Positions 46,801 through 59,206 of a DNA stretch of 64,000 nt are shown here, piece by piece. Each line of letters opens with the position of its first letter. The first letter of the stretch is position 1. This DNA comes from Schmidtea polychroa (taxonomy: Eukaryota). Below the pieces are notes generated by a model, which did no database searches, was not told the origin of the DNA, and saw only the letters and a list, made by a program, of their open reading frames with translations. The stretch is from the NCBI GenBank assembly GCA_044892525.1, contig CM097885.1:30630001-30694000 (forward strand). Direction: 5' to 3'. The translations under genes and the position numbers were made by a program.

Positions 46801-49800
46801 GTGGGAACCTTTTTATTTCCGTAGGCCACATTGAAATTTGTCGCCTCCGAATGAGGCCGCAGTCAAAAAGTATTTTAACATTAATTAATTTCATTTTAAA
46901 TCTTTTATTTATATACAGTTAGTAATTAAAACAATATTTATAATTAGTCTCCAGATTTAAAAAAATGCAGCTGTACGAAATTTTCTGGAAAATTTTTATT
47001 ATTTTTGAATCGAAAAATTGATGCAAATAATTCATCATTTCACAAATGAGAGCTCAATAATCTTATTTATTCGTCTATATAAGTTTTGTATTTATGGTGT
47101 GGATGATTGACTTTTATATTTAGTTCTTTGTACTCGGCGGGATGCTTGTACAGTAAAGTATATATACAGTTTGGAAGTTACGAGTATTTTTATTTGTAAA
47201 TTCTCAAAATTTATGGTTTTTTTATATAAATTAAGATTTATTTCGATAAGGCTCCGGAGGCCGCACATGAAGCTCCGGGAGGCCGCATGCGGCCTAAAGG
47301 CCGCCGGTTCCCCACCCCTGGGATAAAAGGTTAAAGAAGGATATCTGATGCAATTTCTATTTAATAAAAATTATGTTATAATCTCTTATTTAATAGCATT
47401 AATAGATACGTCTTACTTTTCATTAAATATTTTTATAAATAAATCTGGCCTCAGTAACAATGAAAAATCCTGCAGCATTCTTAAAATTATTTATTGTTTT
47501 ATTTAAAAGGCTCAACATGACAAAGGAATCTCATTGGTAATGCCGAACGAAAAGTATTTCTGTAGGAAATAATAATTAACAAAATATAACTTGAACGACT
47601 TTTATTTCATATCAATGATTCACGTGTTATCCTATTTATTTGTTTCCTATTCGGCTATTCTATAAAACTTAAACGAAAAGCAACAACGATAGCGTGACTT
47701 ATGAAGCGTGATTCATGACCCATTGACTCGTACTTTAGTCAACATACATAGGGAGTGTATAAAGAACATTTCTCATGTTACCCAGTTTCGAAAATGTAAA
47801 AATAGAACATTTTCTAAATTCTAGACATAATATGAAGTTTAACACTGAAACCGAAATGTAGGAATTGTTCCAAAAAAATCAGAATAAGTTGTAAAAAATT
47901 TCACTTTTTATAGATCAGCTCCATCTCAACAAATATAAATACCTGGGCAAGATGATAACCATTGACAAAATTGGTGCTCAACTTTTTCTCCGGAGCAAGA
48001 AATGACTTCCATATTGCTTCCAGAATCTATGCAGATTCTATTTCTAGTTCTTAGTGGTATTCTATTATGAGTTTTACACTGGTTAGAACAACTCGACCAT
48101 TGCGACCATATTGACCATATTCCAGTTGGTAGGGTTTTTTTTGAATCTTTATCAGTACAATTGAAGAACTCTTTATCCGATTCCTTGCATTCATTTGAAA
48201 TATTTTTTGATATCATTAAACAATCTCTTCGCCTGACAAATACACCGGATGTCTCATTGTATTGAGTCCACGACGACCAATTCGTCCAAGAAGATTTGAC
48301 TAAAAATTACATTAAATCTTATAGAAAAATTTACGGATCTATAACAAATACATTTATATTCTAATAAACCTGTTCTATGTCGGATATAGCTGGAAATTTT
48401 TATTGGAAATAAATATTAACAGATTTAAAAATGAAATTTATTTAGGAAGTTCCTAAGCAGTGGCGTAACTAGTGGACGCAGGACCCTGCGTTGTGGGGGT
48501 CCACCAGCTATAGGAGGCCCAAAATTATTACTAAAAAAATATTTACAATCATTTTCTGAAACTTTTTTCCCGTAGTTATATTTGCCTACAAACATAAAAC
48601 TATTAAACTTTAACCGAAAAATTTAAGTGGAAATATTTTACATTGCGTGGGGGGCCCAAATTTTGAAGTTCTGCCACTGTTCCTAAGAAAAGAAATTCAA
48701 AATAAAAGCACATAACTTTTAAATTTCTATAATCCATTCGTGACATTTTGTTTCTATATACTATCAAAAAGATACTACTAATATGTGGCAAGGAAAGAGT
48801 TGGTAGTCTAGGAAAATAGTCCTCTTTATCATAATTGGGAATGGTTTATTATATACAGATTTGTGTCAAGAGAAAGTAATTGCTAGAAAGTTAAGAATCG
48901 AGATGTTAACCTCGTAATAACTAAGACTAGTTAACCGTTTATTTGAACTAATTTACTACTACTCATAAACCTGTTTTTTAATTTTTTATGCATTTCCATT
49001 TTTAATTACCAATTAATTCATTTTTAATTAGTTAGCACATTAATTAATCCCAAATCCCAATATTAAATTTAATTAAAACAAATTCTCACATATTTTAAAT
49101 TAAAAGAAATTCAAAAGATTTTAAGTAATAAAATGTTAGAGGTATTGGAAAGCAGTATCTCAATGCAAAAATAAGATTTTTACAGTTATGATTTTGCATC
49201 AAAGGTCAAAGATCGAATTAACAATTTATTTAAACATGGCATAATATAGGGCAATTAATAAAATAACACTAATTTTTATATATATTTTTGCAATGTATTT
49301 TGACAACTCGGCTGTTATCATCAAGAACTAAACAGCTTCAATAAAAATGATTGTATTTATAAATTTATTAGTAATTACATAATTGTATGTGTGGAATCCA
49401 ATAAAATTAATTAAAAATTCTCAAAATAAACGTTATTTTCTTGAATGACTTTATCATCAATTCCTTACAAGTAATATTTTCCAAATAGTTTTTGAAAATC
49501 TTAGATAACACTTTAAAATGGGATTGAGTGGAAATATTAATATCATTGGACATAATATGACATACAAGTTAAAAACAGATATATTCCTAAACCCTCTCCT
49601 GGACAAATAAGAAATTATTTGGACGATGTTTGCTAAACGATTTACAAAATTAATTAACGCGTCAGCTATGGGATTTTCACAATGATCAACGGTTTTTATC
49701 TTTTTGGTTCTAGACCTTCCTAGGGACATTATTATTTTTAAATGATTTTATTCGTCTACTACTACTTTCAACTTCTTTTGAATATGTAATTAGCTTTTAA

Positions 49801-52217
49801 TTAATTTCTACCGAATTTTCATTCTCCATTTATTTTATGTATTTTTTTTGTAATCCTAACAAAGTAGAAACAAAATTTAAAGTTTCAATTTTTATTTTGG
49901 GAAAGGGTTAATAATTGGTTCAGATCTGTACAAAAGAATGATTGTTATTAGGATTCACCGTGACAATTTTTACTGAATATTTGGAAGGGCTATTTACTAG
50001 ATTCGGGGAACGAATTGAATACCACTTTCCTAAAATTTCCAAAAATTCTTATTATTCGTGTGGAAATTACAGAGCGAATAATTCACTTCTTGTTTTCTAC
50101 AATACTAAAATGGCATTATATACATTATAAAGACAACAAATGGAACGGAATTAAGTGGATGTTTAAAATTAGTGATATATATATTTAAAAAGTTTCTTTG
50201 CACTAATTTGTATATAAAATATTTGTCAGTACGAATACTTCCGAATAGTACCGAAAACGATGCATTCAGTCGATGCATTCATATAATCCGCATCCATGTG
50301 TAATAATTACTGTTTTTTAGACATTTTTTTTTTAAGCCACGCCTTTTAGTTACTCTAAAAATCGATTTTTCTTAAAATTGAAAGTGAAATGAATTGAAAA
50401 ATTTTGATTTTTGATTCATGGAAATAGGTCTCCCTACAGTATGTTCATAATAACCTTAGGAATGCTAAACTTCACACTGATAATAGTATTAATTCAATAA
50501 ATTATAAAAAAATGATAAATAGTATTTAAATCTGCTATTATATATATTAAGTGAAATAAAATTTTTGAATAATTTCTATTTAAAAAATAACACCCCATAA
50601 TCATTTTCGCTAGCAATTAATTAACATGTTATGCGAGACGTACCCGTTCATAGCAATTCACAGCGAGTTGGCATGTTATTTTAAGTAAGTCATACACTAT
50701 ACAATATATAACGTGGTGAATCACTACTAAATTAGCAAACATTACACAATATGCTATGCACGTCATATAGAAATTTGATGCAAATATTGGTAGCCATGCA
50801 AAGTTCGTCATTTTAGCCAAAGTTGTTAATTTTTCAAAAATTCAACTTTTTGCCTATACAATAAATTCTTGGGCTTGAACAAAACAGGCAAAAAAATAAG
50901 ATCAGAAAGTATATAAAGTAAGTGCAAATCAATAAAAACATAAAAATTCAAAAAATTAATTTTAAAAAACCGAAAATTTAATGTAAATAATTTGCGGGGT
51001 AAACTGGTATGAGTGGATGTCACCATAATGAGACAAATACAAATACAATAAAATAAAATCAATGAAAGGTCCCTAGATGGAAATATTTAAAGAAAATTAA
51101 TTAACCAGTGGAAAACCCGAGCTAATAAAGTCCAAGTAATGTAGGAAACATGGGTTGTCAGCAAAATCATCTAATTAGTGCTACGGAAATCAAGGATTAA
51201 AGGGAAACCTGAGATATAAGGGAACCCATCCACAATTAAGAGTTAATAACATTCCACCTAGGCAAATGAGCTATGGGAAAACTCCGAAATACTCAAATTG
51301 GCAAATTAAATTGATAAATTCAAAGGGAGCCCTAGCGCTAGAGAATAAATAAAAAATTTGTTATTGAAAATCGTGTCAATATAAAGTTGTGATAATTTGA
51401 ATAAACATTATAGCGTTGGGTTGTTCGATTTAATTGGAAAAGGATACCAAGGAATCAGAACCTAGTACTGACTTGTAACAAATACCCAACAAATGGTACA
51501 TTTAATAAGTGCCTTACTCGATAAGTAACACTATCAATAGCTGTTTTTCTTGATAAATAAAGCCCTTGGGAAACTGAATTAAAATTTGATTCAATAACTG
51601 TCACTCCTTATTTTTCATGGGTTTTACAAAAATCGATTCACCTCTTCTGAAATATCTGAAATTTATTTTTTTCTGAAAAAATATAGTAATTTACATTTAT
51701 TAATTAAATTATTAGTTTGTCCCAGATTTTATTTTGTAACTCGTCGAAACAAAAACGAGTTTTATCCTTTTTATAATAACATTTTCTCAAAAAATTGTAC
51801 AAATATAATTTAAGAAAAATTGACTAATATAATGGTTTTATTTTCTTAAATTAGTAAATTATTCCATTGAAATAATTAAATAGCAAATATAATAAATAAT
51901 TTCAAATAATTACCTTCATTGACAAAACAAGAAATATTCCTTTCATAGATTTGATAAAAAATTCCACCGCAAATCACAAGAATTCCGACAAATATAAAAA
52001 TCAATATCGTAATTGCGAACTGCCGAAAGATCTGATTGGTCCGATGTAAATGTAACTGTGAAAGTGTCGAATTATTTTTCAATGAATTTGATTTTTTATA
52101 ATTATGTCTCACAAATGATATATTTTCTCCTTGGTTTAAGAGGTTTGCTTGTCGAGGGAATTTAATAGGATCCCGATATTTATTTCTATTAAAATAAAGT
52201 GAGTTCTTATTTGACAT
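43829..52217 (-). CDS. Type II membrane protein with thrombospondin type-1 repeats and an FN3-like segment
   Basis: Phase-consistent exons 52217-51914 (cytoplasmic N-terminus plus TM FAITILIFIFVGILVICGGIFY), 48299-47943 (WTNWSSW..RRRDC; WSIWSQWSSCS..RTRNRIC), 44554-44057 (WSEWT..C..CGPG..IRKC, then FKVSW), 44013-43829 (DGEWQEWG..CS..RIRTRACSNPSP..GKTCPG). Confidence 0.85.
45960..46690 (+). mobile_element. IS630/Tc1-like transposase remnant
   Basis: Decayed motifs YLDETDF (~46376), NVSFH-like (~46590) and QLNPFDE (~46656; compare SPxLNPIE). Confidence 0.4.
46796..47320. mobile_element. hAT-Charlie-type MITE, 525 bp
   Basis: TIR CAGGGGTGGG(G)AACC; 8-bp TSD AGATAAAA/GGATAAAA; GGCCGC subterminal motifs. 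Confidence 0.88.
48458..48679. mobile_element. hAT MITE, 222 bp; same family as 57471-57708 in inverted orientation
   Basis: TIR CAGTGGC; perfect 8-bp TSD TTCCTAAG. Confidence 0.9.
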
Positions 52218-52630
52218 GATTTCGAAATCTAATATTATAAAGAAATCACACGTTTTCTTCGAGAGAGGTCAAATGAATTTTATTCGATATTTTTTTTACT
52301 TTATCGCAAGTGCAAAATATTACATAATATCTGCACATGTAAATATTCGATTAGTTTAAATATCAACTTGACCGAATGTCAAACAATTTAGTTTCTATTT
52401 AATATGTATGTTTTTGTTGAAAAATATTTTTTAGACTGTAATGCAAATAAAACGCAACAAATTTGGAATGGATATTTGTTTTTTTGTCTATAATAACAGC
52501 TTGCAAATCTTCTCTTTATGATTATGTATTTCAATAATTATTTCAAGGTCTACCCATGATATTTTGGTGTTTTCGTCCAATAACAACACTGATTTAATGG
52601 GAATGTTTTTATGAATAAAATATTTCTCGG

Positions 52631-53490
52631 AAAAGGCTGTACCGAAAATTCGTGAATATCAAAAAAACATCGATATCTTTACATATTCATAGTCAATTTT
52701 TTAATAAATACTATGTCAATTGAAAATAAATCAGAAGTGAAAATTGAAAAAAGTTCTATTAATAAAATATAATACAATATACAAACATATATAAATTAAA
52801 TCATCATAAATAAATTTTTCTTTTTTAAATTAAACTTTGCCATCTTTCTTTCTAGTAAATTCATCAACAAGATAATGCGCGTCCGCAAGAATTTTTCCAG
52901 GGGGGGGGCAAAAATATTTTTTTACCAAGTAGACAATTTTTCTAGGGGGAAGAGAATTAAAAAAATGCATTTGTATAATAAGTATTTGGGGCATTATACA
53001 AAATAGAACACTTTTTATTGATTTACAAATTAGAACAATTTTTTTTAAACCAGAACGTCATTTAATATTGAATGTTTCTATACAAATAAGATGATTTGAA
53101 ATCATTGATTTCCAGATATAATTAATAACATTAAAAAAACAGGAAGCCTCTTTAAATTAATTTTTTTTTGTCTTGGGTTTTTCCAACATTGTTTGAGCGC
53201 ATCTATTAAAATAGAATGGTTTGGAAAATCCATGGGGGGGCAAGTGCCCCGATTTGCCCCCCTTACGGACGCCCATGAACAAGATTTGTCTTGCTAACAA
53301 AATTTTGATATTTTTAAAGCTTTCTCTTTCCATATTGTCTCCAATAATATATTATAAGAACTTATTTTTTTATTTTTAACCACTGATTTTTTTTTCAATT
53401 GACATTGTATTTATCAAGAAACTTAACTACGAATCAGTAAAGATATCCAAGTTCATTTAATATTCACGAATTTTCAGCACTGCCTTTTTC
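52631..53490. mobile_element. Long-TIR non-autonomous DNA element (~150-bp imperfect inverted arms)
   Basis: AAAAGGCTGTACCGAAAATTCGTGAATAT... versus ...ATATTCACGAATTTTCAGCACTGCCTTTT; related fragments at 54340-54500 and 42060-42120. Confidence 0.75.
52874..53277. mobile_element. hAT-type MITE nested in the long-TIR element
   Basis: Imperfect TIR AATGCGCGTCCGCAAG / CTTACGGACGCCCATG; perfect 8-bp TSD AACAAGAT. Confidence 0.88.
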
Positions 53491-54958
53491 AATAAATCAT
53501 TCAGATTTATCTAAAAAATTTCAAATAGTTTCAAATAAATTGCATGTATATTTTTTACAATAGAAATAACGGAAATAAAATTGATGATTAAAATAATAAA
53601 ATGAAAAAAAATATATAGTTATCCCTCGACTTATATGGCACCATGTAAAGCGACACAGAGCGTGAATATAAAAAAAATTGGATAAAATCAAAAAAACTGT
53701 GGACCATTCAAATTATCTTGTTGGGATTTACACAAATTTGCCGCGTAAATTGAAAACCGAGTGTAGTAGATTAAAATGTGTACAATAAAATGAAAATATT
53801 TTCTAAAAACTTGATACTAAATTATAAAAATGAAATTGTTATAATGAATTTATTATCATAATATATATTACAGAAAGATTAATAGAGAAACTTACGGAAT
53901 CTGAGACTCATCTTCCATTGACCACTGATTGCACTATCAAAGGCTCTGTATAATAATATCTCAAAATCCAAGTCAATGAAATCAATCACAATTTCATCTG
54001 CACAGTGCTTTTTGTTAATAAGTAAACATTAATGAAAATATTTACATTAAACAAAAATTTTTCGATAAAATTCGTGAATGTTTCTATTTACTAATGAAAC
54101 ATTCTGATCAATGAAAGTGCCAAAGTTTTCGGCCTCCGAAAAAACCTTTTAAAATGAATGATATTTCATTGTAATTATTTTCAAAAATCAATAAGTTTTT
54201 TAATTTTTCAGGTCGAGGGAGGGAGCAAAAAAATTTTTTGCCATTTAATAATTATTTCTTATTGATTACTTTTTATTTCATTTTGTGAAAGTTCGTCACA
54301 AAAAATATTAAATTCAATTTTTGTTCACATTTTTAATAAACAAAAATATTGTGTTCATTAAAAAACTTGACTATGAATCAGTAAAGATAAAAAAAATGTC
54401 GATATCCTTACTGATTCATAGTCAAGCTTTTTAATAAGTATAATGTCAATTGAAAAGAAATCAGTGGTGAAAATTGAAAAAGGTTCTTATAAAAAATATG
54501 GAGTCTTTAAAGTTTTTTCTTCGATTGACGGGAAGCTTAAAACGGATAACCGAGCTCGTTTTATAGTTGTACGTAAATAGGTTTAAATTAAATTACATTT
54601 AGAAAATGATCTCTCAGTGCTAGCTGAAGATGTTGGAAATGTGAACACAAAATTAAAGCTCTAAGTTCTTAAAATCTGATGTTAAATTCAAATTAATTAA
54701 AATTGCTTAATAAACTCTCACAGTTTCCAAATTTTGAGATCAACAAATAATTTCCTTGTACTATGACAATTTCGTCCGAAGTATTTTTTTCAAAAATTTG
54801 ATTAAAGTTTTACGAATTCTGGTGGATCAAAAAACCTTATGACTTGTTGCAATTTGATCGTATTATAAAATCTTTCATTAATCGATATTATCAGATTTTA
54901 CAACGGCTTTAGATAGACATTTTCTTCAAACTGTCTTCCTCTGATTTTTGCAATTTAA

Positions 54959-55452
54959 CCTTCCTAAGAACGGCTCAAATTTCTTACACGGAAGATCACT
55001 TGGGGTAAATTTGTACTCCAATACTTTTTCACTGTGCTATTGCTAGTTTAAAGGTTTTTAATAATTTTAACGTATAAAAATAAAATATATTCAATGAAAT
55101 ACAAATATATTACAGAAACAAGTGTTTACAAAATGGATATTACTTATATTCTTACACATTACTTATCACAAGTTTTATACTGTACACACAAATGTTGAAC
55201 ATTTATTACATATTTTTCGACATTTGCGATTTGATTTACAAGTACAAAATGAACACTTGCCACTTTTACCAGCCGCAGTTATAGGTAGTTTATCATAATG
55301 TGCTTCATTTGTACCCCAAGCAGATTCTTTACAATAAATGCGAAGTGATGTTAAATGATCACACTTGGAAGAACTAAAAAGTGAATGCGGTAGGTTCTAG
55401 AAATTTTCAAAAAAAATATGATGCTAGGGTGGACAACCTGGTCTTAAGAAGG
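54959..55452. mobile_element. Internally deleted piggyBac element
   Basis: TTAA-CCTTCCTAAGA ... TCTTAAGAAGG-TTAA; Cys-rich C-terminal remnant on the minus strand at ~55100-55230. Confidence 0.75.
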
Positions 55453-56159
55453 TTAATAATCATAGATATAATTACATTGCAAAATTGATATTTTTCTTTT
55501 AGTTTTATGATAAATATCTTTATATCTTTTCAAAAAATTAATAGCACTATTTTAAATCTGATCAACGGCGTGCTGTGACTAAATAAATTTTTAATTTTAT
55601 TGCATTCATTTTATTGATTGTAATTAAAAAACAAAGCAATTTTTCTAGCTCTTTTGCTGGCAAATTCATCAATTTTTTCTTTTAATTCATGATATATTTT
55701 TGCTATTGGAGAAGTTTTTCTAATGTATTTATTATTTGGGTAGCCCTCAAAAATAAGGATCTCAGTGCGACTGTACTTGTTGCATTTAAGATAGCTGAAT
55801 CTGATAATACATTATTTTCATTCTGGCAAAACATTTAAGATTGCTTTAAACACAATTTTTATCCTTCACTACAATTAAGCATATGGACGATAATGAACTG
55901 GTAGCTTACTGTAACATACAATGTAAAAACATGTGATTGACCTTGACATCACAAGTTGACATATTTATAATATTTATTATGTAAGGATAGTTCACGAATA
56001 TGATGCAATCATGTTGAAATATCCCCGTATATTTATTAATTGTATTGGAATAAATTAGTTGTTGGTTTATACTTCATCTTCGACACTAACCTTGATGGTT
56101 GAATAATTACGAAGGCAGACATAAAACTTTTCCATTCATTGGGTGAAAAAGTGATCAAA

Positions 56160-56560
56160 TCCAACTATACTCCAGTGGACATTTTTCGTCTTATTGTGGA
56201 TGAAACAATAATAAATCACATTGTTTCTGAAACTAATAGATTTGCAAAGAAATGATAGTTGAAAAACTAACAATCCACTATGCAAGGAAATTTAAGGCTT
56301 TCTAGTCTTCCAGGATATTGGTAAAATCTAGCAGTTCATCAGCAAGATGTTCCTCATACTATTTTAACACGAAATCAATTCCAAAGACCTGTGAATTTTA
56401 TGTTTCAGTGAAAATAATTCGGCCATTAGTTGACATTATAGAAAAAATTTAGGTGAATATATTATCATTAATGAAACCTTATTGCTATGGAGAGGACGAC
56501 TTGTATTGAGACAATATATCCCAAATTTCACCGTCGTTATGCCATAAATTTATTCAAACT
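56160..56560 (+). mobile_element. piggyBac (PGBD4-like) transposase remnant
   Basis: TPVDIFRLIVDETIINHIVSETNRFA and INETLLLWRGRLVLRQYIPN. Confidence 0.85.
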
Positions 56561-56929
56561 ATTTCAATAATCTTTTCACTAAATCTTGGTTTATATAGAA
56601 GTTATCCATATACGAACTTCTACATTCATTGAGAAGTTTTCTAGTGAGTTAAAAGCATACACTTTATACCAATTTAATTTCACGTTCACCAAATGAAGAT
56701 GTTTCAAAATACATTTTTTAGGTTCGTGTCTAACCATCTTTGGAGGATAAAATTCGTCTCATTGTCACTCTAAGGGCTTATAAAAATTGGTATTCCGAAA
56801 GAAGTTCTATATTCTAAATTGCAGCGAAAGAAATCATTTTATGTGAGAATGTAATTGGAATTGTGGTCCATAAAATCCAGAGGTATACCCAGTCTTGTGC
56901 CAACAATCAAATCTGAGGTGAAACTAGAC

Positions 56930-57272
56930 CAGTGTTTCCCAACCGGTGTGTCGAAAAAACGAACTCCTGCCCTTCAGGAGCTGTTAAAATACTAAGATAC
57001 ATTTATTTTTTATCATTCGAAAGCTTATGCTTCTTATATTGGAGAGTTATTTTTTCAGCAACTTATTGGCCGCATTTTAATCTTTAAATTATAATTTTTT
57101 GATTACCCCTTGTATTTTTTTTAATGTTTTTCTCTTCAATGATGGTTAAAAATGTGAATTCAAAATTTATATCTTCATCTAAATGCTATAGTTAAAAATT
57201 TTTCTTTAGGGGTGGCATGAAAAAAATCTATTTTTTGGTTTGTCGTGGGCTAGAAAAAGTTTGAAATCACAG
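56930..57272. mobile_element. Degenerate hAT-Charlie MITE
   Basis: Left TIR CAGTGTTTCCCAACC, eroded right TIR; TSD AACTAGAC/ATCTAGAC. Confidence 0.65.
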
Positions 57273-57470
57273 ATCTAGACCATCATCTTTGCCCTAAATC
57301 AGTTTTTTATAAACATCATATTTTACAAATAAGCGATCAAAAATGTCAAAAGATACGTGCAGAAAACGCTAAAAATGTTATGCATGAATGCAAAAAGCAG
57401 GCAGACGTCAAGCAGTCAGAAAGCGAAATCAAATTGTTCATATATGCTATGATCTGTAGTCTGGTCTACC

Positions 57471-57708
57471 CAGTGGCGGAACTTCAAAATGTGGGTCCCC
57501 CGTGCAATGTAAAATATTTCCACTTAAATTTTTCGGTTAAAGTTTAATACATAGTTATTCACAGCAGCCGCTATTCAATGATAATTTTATGTTTGTAGGC
57601 AAATATAACTGAGGGAAAAAAGTTTCAGAAAATGATTGTAAATATTTTTTTAGTAATAATTTTGGGCCCCCGCAACGCAGGGTCCTGCGTCGACTAGTTA
57701 CACCACTG
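57471..57708. mobile_element. hAT MITE, 238 bp
   Basis: TIR CAGTGG; perfect 8-bp TSD GGTCTACC; internal sequence near-identical to 48458-48679. Confidence 0.9.
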
Positions 57709-57914
57709 GGTCTACCTCAGATATTTCTAAATCTCTTCGATTTCAAACACAAACAAGTTAACCAGCAAAAAGATAATAAAAATAGAATTTATAAATTTCA
57801 TTAACAGTTATTTGTGAAAATCCATTATACTGTTCTGGTTGCGAGGAGCCACTGGTGAAGTTTGCTACTTCATACCCATACAGTGAATAATTTCATTTGT
57901 TTTCTACCAGGAGT

Positions 57915-57918
<4 letters not shown>

Positions 57919-57947
<29 letters not shown>
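57919..57947. repeat. (AT)n microsatellite
   Basis: About 14 AT units. Confidence 0.95.
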
Positions 57948-57951
<4 letters not shown>

Positions 57952-58054
57952 TAGAAAAGAATAGTATTCAAATTTTGAGACATTTAATAATGTGCAAATA
58001 TGGAGCAAAATAGGGGACTGATCGCAATTGTTGAGCTAAAACATTAGTCTAAAC

Positions 58055-58697
58055 CAGGATTGGCCAACCGGCGGCCCGCGGGTTATCAATTGGCGGCCCG
58101 CATGCTTTAATATTTTGAAAATATAATAAAAACTTTTTAAAATACGATATAATACAAAAAATGTAATAAATGCAACACAAAGAATATATAGTTAATAATT
58201 ACAATACAAACTATAAAAATTTTGTGCAAGAATGTTTTTTGAATGTAAAGTTTTAAATATCTCTTTCTTTTCTTTTTTTCAGTTGGTAGCTTTACGAACT
58301 GTAGTAAAAAATGTAATAATGGGCCGCCGGTAAATATTGAACAAAATTTATTGTTTATTTCATATTTTTATCTATTTTAACCAATTAGTTTTGTATGCTA
58401 CATTATGAAAATTTGCCCGATTCATTATGCTTTATAATCAGGGCTATCAAGTATAAATAGTGCCAGTTTATCCTGTACCTAAGAAGCATAATTTATTTAA
58501 CATGCACGCAAATGCTTTATTGTTTTTTAAGCGGTTGTCTCAGACCCCACTACGGGCTATTACTGCGCTTCTCCTGTTCCTTAGTTGGAATTAGCACAGA
58601 AGCATTAGTTAAAAATTTACGCCTTTCAAACCTGCGGCCGCCGCATTATTCAAAAATATTGTAATGGCCCTTTTACCAAAAAGGTTGGCCACCCCTG
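58055..58697. mobile_element. hAT-Charlie-type MITE, 643 bp
   Basis: TIR CAGGATTGGCCAACC / GGTTGGCCACCCCTG; perfect TSD GTCTAAAC; GGCCCGC subterminal motifs. Confidence 0.9.
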
Positions 58698-58979
58698 GTC
58701 TAAACTATATGGGTATTGTTTTTTTAATTTCTAAAAAAAATCATTTGGCCACCTAATTTAATTTATCGAAATCAGAATTAATTTTAGTTAGTATAATTTA
58801 ATTAATAATCATCAGAATTGATTTAAATCGGTCAATTTTTAATTAATGATATTCTGGATGATGCATCAAATATTGTTAGTTTAGATGAAATTGTAGAAAC
58901 AAAAAAGTATCGTGGGAAAAATGGGTTGCATGACCCGTTTTTACATGTCAAGATACTAAATCGGAGAAGAAACAACTGG

Positions 58980-59206
58980 AAGGTACGATTAATGAATATA
59001 AATGGATGTATTTAAATTCATTGGACAAAAATTATATTTGTAAACATGTTATTGGAATAGTGGATGCCTCAATCTGTGAAAAATACCTCAGAAATAAAAC
59101 GGCATTGAATAAAGTTAATGCGACTCCAGCAGTTGCAACTACTATCCCAACTGCAACAAGCATTCCTGTTGCAAAGAGAGATAGAGGTAGACCAAAAAGT
59201 AAATAA
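58980..59206 (+). mobile_element. MULE transposase C-terminal remnant (SWIM finger plus AT-hook)
   Basis: YICKHVIGI and terminal KRDRGRPKSK. Confidence 0.6.

Noticed and set aside
51060..51500. Possible LTR ending in CAACA followed by TGGT
   Set aside because: No partner LTR, TSD or clear primer-binding site
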